Below, in pieces: positions 34,106 through 47,920 of a stretch of DNA of 64,000 nucleotides. The notes under the pieces were generated by a model that did not search any database, was not told the origin of the DNA, and saw nothing but the letters and a program-made list of their open reading frames with translations. Source of the stretch: Gnetum montanum (lineage: Eukaryota; Plantae; Gnetophyta); contig MNCI01000217.1 of the NCBI GenBank assembly GCA_015680685.1, forward strand, positions 66,670 through 130,669, given 5' to 3'. Position numbers and translations under genes: made by a program. The stretch's first letter is position 1; every line of letters begins with the position of its first letter.

Positions 34106-37100
34106 TCATATCACTGTGCCCCCAACCAAAATGTTAGAGTCTCTTGGACAACCGCACACAATGGCATCAAGCTCGTTCTTGAGTGTGAATGTTATCGAGC
34201 ATCCTCCTATGCTGTTTAGTATCAACAAATGCTGTGGCATGGTGAAATTCTTTGGTAGCCTCTGTGGTCCCTTTCTCATCCGAATGTAGCTTGGTAGTAG
34301 TTCGTTGAATGTGCTGATAGAGCACCCCCCATGACATTTGACCATAGATATCCATAACAACATACGGGCATTTGTCCTCCCAGAGCCACAACCTAACCCT
34401 ACTTTTATGAGCATGATCAATTTGATGTTGATGCTCCACCACGTCCTCTCTGTCCGACTCATGCTCAGCCCACTTAGATTGCTCATGTTTAGTGTTTTGT
34501 TGCTCCACCTGCTGCATTTCTACTTTGATTTGTTCTCGTAGCAAATTTTCCAATGTAGCCCTTAACACTGACTCCTTAAGATCCCACTCACACCACATCT
34601 ATTTTTCCCTATTCACCATCGCATGCTTCACCGCATTGAGTTGTTGAGTAAACTTCGGCTCATGGGCTTCCCACTTGGCTTCTGAAGTGATCCGCTTGGC
34701 CCATTTGGCCTCCTCAATTGCCTCTTCAATCAGCTTTGGCTGCTGCCATATGCATGCTCTCCTTGGCTAGCTCAGTTTCCATCTCCCTAAGCATGCTTTG
34801 CGCTTCCAAGCATTGAATTTGCAATGGAGCAGCCTCCAGCTCCTCCCTAACAACCTGCACTTCCTTCGGCACTTGCCCACCATACCCCTTATGTGGCCCC
34901 TCATCCTCCATGGTAGACGAAACCCTCCTGTGAACCACAACTTCCCTCCCCCTACTATAGACAAACTTCAGCGTTGGCCATAGTTGCAATAATCAACCTT
35001 GATTTCCAAAGGGCAATAATCAGCCTTGAATGCCACTTGTGTTGTTGCCGCTGTAAGGTGTTCATAAAAAACCTAGGTAGGTTGACATGTTGGCGACATT
35101 TCAAACATTTCAGAAAACCAAAGTGGACCCCTTGTAACTTTGACACGTTTCTAGACTGGATGAAATAACAATCCACCAAATCCACCGCTTCTTGCCAAAA
35201 CCTCGGTAGCATTGATCTTGGGATTTGCCTGCTTGATGTTTTTGGGATGGCCCACATGAAAAAGACCTATGCATCATGAAATCCCCTGCCATGAGGAAGA
35301 ATGACTTCCCCTGATAATGGAACCCAGGCAATCAGCCAATGATGCCTTCTTGAGAATGATCTAGACTCTTTTGAAGTTTGTGGTGTCTCCTTGCCAATTC
35401 CTAAAAAAAGCGTCATTAGGCAGCTTTGGGTCCCCCCATAACAGTTGTAGCACCTCATACCAACCGACTTTACAAATGAGCTCTCGTAACTCGATGTTTT
35501 GCCAAAACTTTTTGTAATCAGGCTCAAAGGTAGGAGTTTGCCCCATCACAGTCATAGCCTCATGCCAGAGCCTATGCCCTTGAACCACCAACTGTACTAG
35601 ACCCTTGAACCGCCAACTGTACTAGAGCAGGCAACTGCTTGTCATAGAAAATCAACGCATTGTGAGCCCTCAAAGTCACCCAATAGATTGCAACACTCAT
35701 TAAACCACTAGTGAGATCCAGTAGAAACGAAGCAAGTGATTGCACTAATGCCTACCACACTTGAATTTGATGTGTGCATTCATAAATGAAATGTTGAAGT
35801 GTTTCTAGGGCCTGCATGCAACACGGACACGTGTCCACCATGTGCATTCTGCGACTTTGCAAAACTGCATGCATGGGTAGCGCATTATGATTCATCAACC
35901 AAAAAAAAGATCTTAATTTTTTTGGGTAAGTAGCCTTTCCACAGGTTCTGCCACCCACTCATTGTAGGGAATTTACATCTTAATGAGAGCCTGGGGTGAC
36001 GCTGCCATCATTCCAAGCGTAGTCACACTCCTAACATGCTCACAGACTGCTCTCCAAATGAGAGAGTCTCTATGGTTTGTTGTCCACTATGTATACTTGG
36101 ACGTGATGATTTGTATCCATTGAGCTTGATTGGTACCCCGATGGGTAATACGATTGGCTAGTATCTGATAACCCATCAAAACTAAATCTTGAAACTTCAT
36201 TACCCCCAATCCCCCTGCCTCTATGGGCTGAGCAATAGTGTCTCAATTGACTAGGTGCAACTTCGACCCCCCTTTCCCACCTGACTAGATGAAGTTTCGG
36301 ACAATTTGGTCAACTTTATTCACCACCGTTGTAGGGGGGGCGGGTGGGGCGGCCCGGGGATGCACAATCATCGACAAAATTGAATTAGCCAGCAACATTC
36401 AGCTTTTTTGTGTTAAGAATCTCGTTGTCCAATGCTCCACCCATTGTTGTAGCTGACGAATAAGGGTGCTCCAAGTATCTTTCCAATGCCACTAAAAAAC
36501 TTGAAGCCCCAAATAACTATCTTGATTAGTTCCTACCATCATGCCCAACACCTGCAGAATGCACCCCTTAATTGTATTGGACACATATGACATATATATA
36601 GTGCACTTAGCTTTATTGACCTCCAGCCCAATTTCATTTGCCATTTGCTCAATAGCCCTATTGAGAGCCTATGCTTGTAGCATAGTCGCATGTGAGAAGA
36701 TCATTGTGTCGTCGACATAATGTTCCATCACACAGTTAATCCCAACAATGTTAAGACCATGGACCCCTTCAACCTGGCAATATGCCGATAGCGTATCCAT
36801 AGCAAGAATGAATAGGTATAGGGAAAGAGGATCAGCTTGTCGCAATCCTCTCCCCTGGGAAGCAAACCCCCACAACCTATCCCCAATATCAAAGGAATAA
36901 GCTCTAGAAGCCTGAATTTGAATACATAGAGCAATGAAACCAATATCAAAACCCTTCTGTGCCATAATGTTAGCTAGGGCATCCTAGCTAATAGCATCAT
37001 ACACCTTCTCAATGTCCAACTATATGCACATTCCAAGATACCTAAATCTTTGTATTGAATGCATCACCTCCTGGAGTAGTAGGATTTGATCCTGAATGAA

Positions 37101-38648
37101 ACGTGCCCTAATGAAATCAGTCTGGTTCCTTCCAACTATCTATAGCATGAGTGGCACAAGCCTTCTCACAACATCTTTGTAAAAATCCGGATCAAAGTAT
37201 TGCACACCTTGATAGGAAAAAATTGTGATGGGTTAGATGGATTAGCCACCTTAGGCAGAAGCACAATTCTCAAGTAATTAATTTCATGTCAAACTTCTTG
37301 TCTGTGCAACATCTAGTTAAACGCCTCCAAAAGATTAGCCTTTAGCACATCAACAAATTCTTTGAAGAATTCCACCGAGGGCCTAGTTCGACCACATGGT
37401 CCCCAACGCCTCCTCCAATTCTTGCCAAGGGAAAGGCTCCAACAATATTTTGTTTTCCACCTCTCCCAACACTGACCTCATCGACATAGAATCCACCTAG
37501 TATTACTACATGATATGGGCCACATCCCGAGGAGCAATCAAGCACTTCCCATTATGCTAGAGCCTCAGCTCCTTCACTGCCCAATTGGCTTTTGCCATTG
37601 CAAAGAAGAACTTTGTGTTTTTATCCCCCTCACGCAACCAATGATCCTAAGCGCATTGTTTCCAATAAACCTTCGCTTTAGCATCAAGGTCCTAAAGCTC
37701 CTATAGTACACATTTCTCTTCCGTCGTAACCTCTTCACCTCACCTGCCTAACTTGCAACATAGTCAAATGAGACAACAGCTCCATTTGCCCCTTCCTAAA
37801 CAAGAACTTCTCCTCAGCCTTTAGAGACCGAATGGCCTACTTTAGACAAGAAATGCCCTTCTTCAAGAAGTCTCTAGGTTTGTATGTTCATCATAATCTA
37901 CCCAAGTTTGTTTCACCAGCGAGGGTTTAGTCAACCAAGATCACTCAAAATGAAAGGGGAAAGTTCTCAGGCTAGCTATGCTCCCCACCTGACAACATAG
38001 ATATTAGTGGTCAAATGCAAGTCTCTCTTTTCCTTCCAACCACACCCCTGACTCCATCAAAATGTGAGTGCTAGCCTAGATATGATCGATCTGAGAGAGG
38101 ACCAATGCCGTCCCCCCACATCGATTGCTCCAAGTGTACTAGCATCCTATAAGCTCTACATCAACCAAATCATGCTCTTGTAAGAATTCCAGACACTATG
38201 TGCTTCCTGGTGGGTTTGCCATATCACCACTGGTCTTCTCCCAAGCAAATAGGTGCTAGTTGAAATCACCAATCACAATCCGTTGGTTAATGTTGATGAG
38301 AGTGGCAATTCGCAGCAACTCCTGCAATCGTTCTTGCTAGAGCTAGGATCCATAAAAGTTAGTGAGCCATGTTCTTTCATCTAGAAGCAGAACCATAATA
38401 CTCCAGTTAGCCGAAACAAACTGCATGAACGGTCATTTTGCCAACATGGCCAAACCCCCTGCTTTTCCAGAATTGGGCACAAAATGAGTTTGCCATCCTA
38501 CCCACTACGATAGCTCAATCTCCGTAGCCTACAACTTTGTCTCTTGCACACAAACACTGTCACATCCCTCCCACCGCACTAGATCTTGTAGGGTATTATG
38601 TTTATAGGGGGTACCTTGCCCCTTGCAATTCCACGAAAGAATCTTCAT
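34106..38648 (-). pseudogene. LINE B ORF2: APE, RT, zf-RVT, extra C-terminal domain and coiled coil
   Basis: MKILSWNCKGQG; GLRQADPLSLYLFILAMD, YVDDT; KLRSFFWLM..CPCC..ETLQHFIYEC; YWVTLRAHNALIF; extension ORFs 35361-35591, 34955-35257, 34726-34989, 34167-34598. Confidence 0.9.
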
Positions 38649-38649
38649 G

Positions 38650-39770
38650 GCTTATTGGGTGCACATTTCTTGTACACCTCCTTCAAGGTAGGCTATACTC
38701 CCAAATCAATCTCTATTGGCATGATTTTTCCACGAGCCATGGGCGAAAGCGGGCATCCAATTTGGCTTAGCTCTTGAAAGACAGGAAAACCTCCTCTCAA
38801 CCCTATGCACTTCTAGGATTTCATCCATCCTAGGCAATGAGGATCCCCACACAACTCCCACCCGGTCTCCAAGCAGGGGCACTCTCACCTCCTTCACCTT
38901 TTGAGGCGAGGGGAGAACATCCTCTCTCCTAACCCCTTCTAGACTTCGAGCCTGCCTCTTTGACGTCAACCTCACACCTGACTCATTGGACTGCTTAGGC
39001 ACCGCACCATGCTCTTGCCTCTCAAAATGCGTAGGTTGAACAAGCACTCTCATTGCCGTAGAGTCCCAAAACCTTCAGCTAGAGGCCTCTGTTTCACAAG
39101 GCAGCCCCTCCTCCCCACTTCCATCCACTGTTAGGGCTACAAGGGGGGTGCTCTTTCATGCAACTCCTACAAGTCGCCTCCAAATGGTTCCCTTTGCCGC
39201 ACACCGTACACCCAGTGTCCGAAACCCCTTCATGCACCCCCTACGCATCCACCCCCCAGATTCTCATATTCCACTCTCAAGGTCTCCTTTCCTGCTGGCG
39301 TCTCCAGAACAATCTCCTACACCCGATCCTCCAACCCCAATGGTCTCCAAACACAGAAACAGGCATACCCCATATGTTCCATTGATTTCGTATACTTGTC
39401 AAATTTCACAAATTCTCTGAACATCCCTGCCAGCGACCTTAGAAACTTTGGTGTCCACCATTCCAAAGGCAAGTCTAGTACCCTAAACCAAATCTGGTGC
39501 TCGGGTGAAAATGTCTGCATCTCAGTGGGCCCCTGGCTGCCAAGGCCAGCCCTTGAGCACCATAAAACGATGGACCCACAAGTAGCACCTTTTCGTTATC
39601 TTCAATAGACTGAAAAATGAATAGGAGCCTGTCATCTACCAAATTGTGCACCTGCAACTTCTCCAACCTCCATGCAGCATCCACCCATCAACGGATAAGG
39701 TCCATCCTGGGGCGGGCCCCCTTAGAAACAAACTTGCCTAGAAGGCTAAGCTGCAATGTGCACAAACCTT
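38650..39770 (-). pseudogene. LINE B ORF1 (DUF4283-like)
   Basis: WVDAAWRLEKLQVHNLVDDRLLFIF..EKVLL; IWFRVLDLPLEWWTPKFLRSLAG..FDKYTKSM. Confidence 0.8.
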
Positions 39771-40110
39771 CTTTCTTTCGGATTGACCCTATCTACTTAG
39801 GACATTACATCAATGATGTTTTCAATTTTCTTCAAAAATATGTTGAGGCTTTTTAATTGTCCAACAAATCCTTTGTGATTTCCTGGACGTAATAAAAATC
39901 TCCAGTTTCTAGTTTCCACTTTCATCAATTATAAATTCGCAATACCAAAAAGAAATATTAAATAAGCAGCCCAAAAATAAAGCCTTTATTTAATAATTTT
40001 AGTTTACATCATAGTCAAAACCACATCCATGTTTAAAACATAGTTACAAAAAGAAAACAAGAAATGAAAACATTCAAAAACACATCACAAAATAGCCTAA
40101 CACAACCTGT

Positions 40111-41600
40111 TGTTACGTCTTCCTCCCCTTATGACATTCCTCCTGGAAATGTTAGAAACAATGATGATAATGTTTACAGACAACCTTCTCTAACTCTTAG
40201 GAGGTTGCAGAACTGTCACCACTTCAATTTAGACTAACCTAAGGGACCTAAGGGATGGTGTGGTGTCTGAGGCTAAGAATTCCCTTGTTTGAAATTCAAA
40301 GTTAAGAGGCTGGAACACTATAATCAGGATGATGCGGTGTGTGAGCCTAAGAATTTTCCTGTCTGAAATCTGAGGTGGCTGGGCTGACCTAAAGGTTTTC
40401 CCATTTCAAAACATTCTTAGAATAATAAGTATGTTTTCGCACCACAAAAACATGAAAAAGATTATGCATAAAAGACAAGCTAGGAGGTAAGGCTAATCTA
40501 TATGTAGCATCTCTAACAAGGATTTTGAAGAAACCTCTATATCATGGTCAGAGCTTATTTCTGCTTGAACTCTAAATGGTCTATTTTATGGGACTGATTC
40601 TTAGAAATACTGTCACCAACAAAAATATCAGATTTCTTCTTCTAGGATTTGCATGACTTTTTTGCCAATCTTGAGCTTGATTCAATCTCTCCTTAATCAG
40701 ATTTACTTTTTGTTGAAGATCTGATATCATTTCAGGCCCAAAAATCACCTTTGTAGCCTGATCCTAAGTAGGAATCAACATTTTCATCCATATAAAGCTT
40801 CATACGGCACCATCCCCATACAACTTGGAAAACTATTATTATTAGCAGATTTAGAAAGTGGCAATACCTTGTCCCATGATTTTTTGATGACCCAACACAC
40901 TAGCTCTTAAGACATCTTCAAAATTTGATTCGTTCTTTCTGTTTGCACATCAGTTTGAGGGTGATAGGCTGTATTGGAATTTAATTTAGTGGTAAGACCA
41001 TGTTAAATGGACTACGAAAAATGCGATGTAAACTTCAAATCATGATCTGAAATAATTTTCTTAGAAATCTCATGTAATCTGTAATCTCTCTATCTCTTGG
41101 ATGTATATTTTTGCAATTTTATGACCATCATAATTTGATTTCACATTAATTTCATACTGATAAAGTGCGCTGATTTTGTAGGTCTGTCTACTATCACCAT
41201 GATTGCATCATATCCATCAACACTGTTAGGAAAACTGATAATGAGATCAATACCAGTTTTTTCGATTTCCATTTTGGAATTTCATGAGGCTGTAGCAAGC
41301 CTGTTGGCACTTGATGTTCAGGCTTTATTTGCTGTCAAGTTAAACATCTCAACAAATTCTGCTACATCTTTCTTCATTCTAGGCCACCAAAATTGTTTCT
41401 TCAGCCCTTGCAACATCTTTTCTACTCCCAAACGACTTGAAAACATTGTTTCATGATGTTTTTAAACAATCAATTGCCTATGATGTGCATTAGTTGGGAT
41501 ATATAAATGATTCTTGTGAAGCAACAAGCCATCTTCTTTGATCTTGAAATCTTCCTCTTGCTGTCTTGATTCATTTTATTTGCATTTTTCTCAAAGAGCT
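40111..41600 (-). mobile_element. chromovirus-type (Tekay-like) Gypsy integrase remnant with PPT and start of 3' LTR
   Basis: KMLQGLKKQFWWPRMKKDVAEFV, YHPQTD.QTERTNQ, PYEALYG, KVNLIKERLNQAQDWQKSHAN; PPT GGGGAGGAAGA followed by CGTAACA. Confidence 0.8.
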
Positions 41601-41749
41601 TATCAACAACCAAAGCATGTTTTACTGAATTTTATAAATTATTTTGAACTATTTTTTTGAAAACAAGGAAATCTTGGTTCTATACTAGCTTGGTTGTAGG
41701 TCAAAGTACTCACTCCAAAAATCCAAATACATAAATATAACAAGATACC

Positions 41750-43200
41750 AAATATAACAATGGAGTAGTATTTTATAGACACAAAAGTCAATCAACTTTT
41801 GTTGTCATTGAAAATTCATCATCATAATTTCCAAATCTTGCAATAGATGTAGAACCTTGGGCCACATAGAAATAATTGAATTGTGTTTCTTGAAATATCA
41901 AGTCATTTCTTGAATTCTAGATACTTATTCCTATATAGGTAAGAGAGCTTTCTACATTGACTTTTCCAATGATTTACAACCACAATATTTCATTTTTGTG
42001 CCAAATCATTAAAAGATTCATGGAAAGGCTTCTTCTTTTTCATGTTTTTGCCCAAAGATTTGTACTACTTGAGCAAATAGACAACACCCTAAAACAAGAT
42101 TGGTATCCTTTAAAACCCCATGTCTAGGATGTTTATCATGGCCAATCATGTCATGAGCTCATAACTAAGTTAGGGTGGGTAATTCATTGGATATAGCCTT
42201 GTTCATAAACAACTTAAGTCTTGGTGTCAAGGTTGTACAATGTTATTCAGCATGGATAGACTCATGATTAATAGGATACCATTGTTGATAAATGAACTTT
42301 GTTGTGTAATGGCTTCATCAATGCTTACCCATTGATGTAACATGGTTTTATGTTTTCTATTCCTCTACAAAAAGGGATACATTAATGATCCTTGGGGCCA
42401 AATGAAATGACATCATTATGTAAATATTTTACCTTTACAATCTAAATCCAAAACTTATTTTCATTTTCAATTTGCCAAGCAAGCTTGCTCAAAAGGACTA
42501 GATTTAGACCTAATTGTTTTAGGCTTGCTATTTTATATTGTGTTGAATGTTAGGCTTTACAAAAAGTCATGAACAACAAATTAGTATCATGGAAATGTGT
42601 ATTCTTTGATAGATCTTGAATGTTACAAAAAGAGATAAATTGCATAATGTAGACATTAGAGGAAGGCATGGATTAGCTTCTATTTCAAATAAGCTACAGA
42701 AATGACATTTTAGATGGTTTGGTCATGTGCCAAAAAGATAAAAAAAGGTTGCCACATCATTGTCCTAGGCAAGCCACTAAAAGAAGACCAAAAAGACATG
42801 GGAAGAAAATCAAGGTCAAATATGAGAAATCACTAGAATGTTAATACCTAGAAATTTATTTTAAAATTTTCGAAATCAATATGGGCCTAGTATGCTTTTG
42901 CTTTCTGCTAGTGGTACTAATCCTCATATCAAGAATTCCTAGTCCTTGTTGACAAATCTTTATGGCAAATTGCCCAAATTGTTATGCGTGTCTCCAAGTC
43001 CATTTGGAAATAACTTTCATCCATATCATTTAGGCTTGATAGTGTGAGGATTGGCTGAAACAACCAGAAAATTGAGGATTTAACAATCCAAGATCTCAAA
43101 TAGAATATTAGATTTATGAAGCATTCAATTATGGTGAAAGAATTATGAAAAAACCATATATTGACCACAAATGAAACAAAGGTGGAACTATGCATACACC
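41750..43200 (-). mobile_element. highly decayed L1 ORF2 3' portion
   Basis: GLGILDM-like and PRLKLFM..CLFAQV..SRNDLIF zf-RVT-like remnants. Confidence 0.5.
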
Positions 43201-43749
43201 TTGTTTAGTCTTCAAAACCCCCTTGAATGGTGTCTTTTCCTCTAACCAACAAGTTCGACTTAAACCATTATTGTTTCCTTGTAGGCTTTTACATTTTCTT
43301 TTGCTATTGTTATTATTATTATTTTTTGTTTACCTTTGTGCTATTAAAGATGTGTTTCCTACCGTTTGTAGTTGCTCAGTAATTGTTGCTGCTATTATCC
43401 TTTCTTTTTTTCTTTTCTTTCCTCTCATTGCTCTATCCCTTTTATTTTCTTCATTTGCTTGCCCTTTATATCTAGCCTATTTTTGGTTTCTTTAATGTAA
43501 CTCACTTTCTAAGGCAGTTATATTTTCTTTTCCTCTTATAAAATTGATCCAAAATAAACTCTTAGGTTCAATTTTCCCTAAAAGTATTCCCCCTCCCATT
43601 TTTTAAAATTAAAAAAAAAAAATCTTACCCTTTCATCCAAGATGACTTTGGCTCAATTCCTCTCAAAGATGATAAAATATGTATTCCACTAGAATTCTAT
43701 TATAAAATAAGACAATAGAGTACCATGGATGAGGGTTTCATGAGCAAGA

Positions 43750-46700
43750 GGTAATACCTATCGTTTGTACTTATTTTTAAAAGCATATGAAGCCTTGAAA
43801 CGTCCTGCTATTCTTTCTTTGATGCACTTCCCCGACATGTAATAGTTCATATAAATGAGACCCAAATATTGAAAAGAATTTACTACTTGCGCATTGGCAC
43901 CTCCAAAATGGAAGTTATAATAGGTATTTCTTTTACCCCAAATCATCAATATGGTTTTATATACATTCACTTGAAGATCAAAGGAGCAACAATAATTTTA
44001 CTGCATACAAAGCCTTGAAACATCCTGCTATTCTTTCTTTGATGCACTTCTCCCACATGTAATAGTTCATATAAATAAGACTAAAATATTTAAAAGAATT
44101 TACTACTTGTGCATTAGCACCTCCAAAATGGAAGTTATAACAGGTATTTCTTGTACCCCAAATCATCAATATGGTTTTATATACATTCACTTAAAGACAA
44201 GATGAGCAACAATAATTTTACAAAATTTGCAATATATTTTTCATACCCTTTATAGTAGTGGAGCTTAAGGCAACATCATCTATATATAAAAGAAGATTAA
44301 TTGCTTCGGATCCAATTTTAGTAACATAACCATATTGCTTATTACACAATCATTCCTGCTTTTTATCAATAAAAATGCTAAAGAGAGTTGGATAAAGTGG
44401 AAAACATTGCTTAACTCTAATTTTTCTCTACAACTAAAATTCTTTCTTAGTGCTTTGATGAGGGTTTCATAAGAGGTTTGAAGGAAAGTAAAAGAAAACC
44501 AAGCCTAGCTCTGATACTTATTTTTAAAAGCATACAAAGCCTTGAAACATCTTGCTATTCTTTCTTTGATGCACTTCCCCCACATGTAATATTTCATATA
44601 AATGAGACCAAAATATTTAAAAGAATTTACTACTTGCACATTGGCACTTTCAAAATAGAAGTTATAACAAGTATTTCTTGTACCCCAAATCATCAATATG
44701 GTTTTATATACATTCACTTGAAGACAAGATGAGCAACAATAATTTTATAAAATTTGTAATATATTTTTCATACCTTTTATAGTAGTGGAGATTAAGGTAG
44801 CATCATTTGTATATAAAAGAAGATTCACTACTTCGAATCCAATTTTAACAACATAACTGTATTTCTTATTACACAATCATTCCTGCATTTTATCAATAAA
44901 AATGCTGAAGAGAGTTGGATAAAGTGGGCAACATTGCTTAACTCTAATTTTTCTCTAGAACTAAAATTTTTTCTCTAAATTGCTCTATAATTTCAATAAT
45001 CATTTCTTTGTATAATCTTTGAGTTATAATCATACCTAAAGGGAGGCCAAGTTTATGCAAGCACAACCATAGTTTTGTACAAAGCACTAAATTATATGCT
45101 TTTGCAAAATTAATAAAACAAATAAAAACCTTTTTATTAGGTATTGTTACAAACTCATCCAATCTCCCAGAATAACTAAGTGACTAATAGTGGAGTGATT
45201 TTGATTAAAATTTACTTCACACTTTTCCCTCACTTGGCTAACTTCAAGCCAAGAATTAATTCTCTTTTCTAGTAGACTACCTAACAAACTTAGCAAAAAG
45301 ATTACTCAAAATGATCTTTTCATAATTGCTCAAATTATTCTTATCTCCCTTTTTATACAACAAAATAGATTTACTGGTTTTTCAATGTTATCTAATCCTT
45401 GATCCATTACTAAATTTATTTGGTGCCAAATTTCTCTATGAATAGTAGGTCTTGCCCACTTTAATAATCCTGCATATAAACCATCTAAATCTATAGTTTT
45501 GCTAGATGTTAGCTAGCTTTTCAATACACTCTATAAATTCCTCATGAGTAATTTGGAGAGGTGCTTGTTATACAATTACAATAGAATTATTTTCTCCTAT
45601 AAATAATTTATTGTAAAATGAGCAATTATCTTGAAAATAAAAATTAAATGATGAAGAGGCTTTATGACAAAAACATTGTTAAAACTGTTTAGGTTTCTTT
45701 CTAATGATGTAAGCAAAGTATTTCTACTCCATAAATTTCTTTCTCTTGGTTTTAATCAAGCATTTATAGGTATTAACTAAACTTTGCCTATAACTCTTAT
45801 TTGCATTTTTAATATTCTGCTTAGCCTACATGCAATCTTCATCAAACCAAGTCTTCTAAGCATCATGTTATTGTGAATGCATAACTTTCTTGTGTGCTAT
45901 AAGAAAAATTTGTTCAAGCTCCTTATGCTATCTTTCAAAACTCCATTTATTATGTGCTACATCCATATATTTTTTTTTTGACTTCTAGGTTAACTTTGTA
46001 ATGAAATTTTTTTCAATTCTTATTTTTTGTTATTTGAGAAACAATTTGAATTTGCAATAAAAATTCTACATGATGATGGTAAGACTCCATTAAATCTTCG
46101 CCAACTTTCAACTCCTTAATAAATTTAATATCTGCCTAATAACATAACAACAAACTAATAAAAGAGTTACCTTAAAGTCCTATGAAAGTAAACAATAAAG
46201 ATTAAGAAAATTTAGCAATGCCATTGCAAATAAGATCAAAATTTTTTGTTTATTCTAATAGTTGTTAACTCATATTATTAATAGTGCGATCTTCAGAATG
46301 TCATGTCCAACTATGATATTCAACAATGTCTAAACTACAAGCATTATGTTGCCATTGAATCATTTTTGTTTTTTGTGAACCTGTCATTGCATTAAAATCT
46401 CTACAAATAAACACTAAATCTTTTGCTAAAAATTCTAGAACATTTTTGTCTAAAAACTAAAAAGAATGATCGTGAGACAACTTTATAAAATCATACAATG
46501 TAGCATCTTTAGGGGTAAAATAGCACATGACAAGGAAAGCACAACCATGTTGCCATAAGATTTTTAGCCAAACATATTTTTTAATGATCATCAATTTTTT
46601 CTATAAAGCACACAATTTTCAAAAAAAATTCTCACTAACACTACAATGCCATCATAAGGCCTACCTCTTCATTATACTCTTGTGTTTCTTGCAATACATT

Positions 46701-46790
46701 TAATAAAGTCAACAACTACAAAATATACAAAATCACCATCTATAGAAATTTGAAAGAAGACAACATCACCTTATTCAAATAAGACTTGTT
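43750..46790 (-). mobile_element. decayed RTEX/CR1-like LINE ORF2 (APE and RT) with tandemly reiterated RT C-terminus
   Basis: FICFINFAKAYNLV, VKQCCPLYPTLFSIFID, LLYTNDATL, VNVYKTILMIW..VVNSFKYFGL (last motif in three copies). Confidence 0.75.
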
Positions 46791-46877
46791 TCAAGATGGT
46801 GTGCAGAACTGAAATTTCTTTGTAAATTTAATTTGGGGTCAAATGAAAAGTTGCATTCAAAATATTGAAAAGAACAT

Positions 46878-47777
46878 TGATGGGCCACGATATCGCATGG
46901 GCCGCGATATTGCTTCCCTCGGGATATTGCGTACACGATATCGTGTCTTCCCCTGCGATATCGCGTACGCGATATCGCGGTGCGCTGTCATATCTATAAA
47001 TAAGAGGCGGCTCTCCCTTGTTTTCTCATCCTAGGCTAGAAGTAGGGAAACTTTGGCAGATTGATCACTTCAGAGATAGAATATTTTCCATGTGCCCGCA
47101 GTAGGAGTCCCAAAGTGAATGGATCTTTATTCGAGCAAACATTGTACCTAAACACAAGTTTTTGTCTGGCAATAAAGACGAGCTTCGTGGATAAACCTTG
47201 CAGTGCATGGAATAGGATTTTATTACATGCTATTTATTACCTTGCAATAACGAAAAATGAGTACGACTTGATTACGAGCATTTAAGGATGTGTATGGATG
47301 ATCAAGGAAAGGATGCTCATCGTGCTTAGGCTAGATTAGATTCTCTCAACCCTTTCCTCATAGTTAAGTGCCTCAATACAACCACTTTGAGCACATGTGT
47401 TACACGTGGGATCCCAGCAACGATTAGCGTTTGGTAACCACGGTTGCATCGGTTTAGGGTGTGTACGGTAAGTGGGAACGAATGCTGACGCTAGGTGATT
47501 TAGACTTAGTTCATTAGTTAGAGTTAGTAACTAGTTTCTCAACCCTTCACTCTCTTAGCATAGGAGACATAAAACATAAAAAGCATAAAAATCATATACC
47601 TCAAACTTGCTTAACCATACACTGTGACAACTACAAGTAAGTCTGGGAAGACAACGAATAATTAACCCTAAGTGTTCCATAGGGCGTGTAGGCATTTAGT
47701 CTGCAGAGTTCGACCAGATCATGTGTGCTACACTCGTATTCGTATGGTTGAGTGTAGGGGTATCTCGCCACTCATCA
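46878..47777 (+). repeat. 5' LTR of element 3
   Basis: TGATGG...CACTCATCA; U3 array of GCGATATCGC; TATAAATA. Confidence 0.95.
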
Positions 47778-47920
47778 TTGGCGTCGTTGCCAGGGACTAA
47801 GTATTTGTGCACCGAATAGAACATAAAGGATGTCACTCACATCGTTGGGAGCCTAAACGAACCTTCGGGTTAATTAATTAAAAGAAAAATTTTATAACAG
47901 TAATTAGCACACCGATAACA

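Larger units (their letters stand above)
33808..39780 (-). mobile_element. near full-length L1-clade LINE (LINE B), diverged relative of LINE A
   Basis: ORF1 39300-39760, ORF2 from 38648, 3' end resembling LINE A (T-run...AAAGAAATGTACAA); no clean TSD, ends approximate. Confidence 0.9.

Noticed and set aside
33793-39795. TSD for LINE B (GATTGAATTATACTA / GATTGACCCTATCTA)
   Set aside because: Too many mismatches to call.
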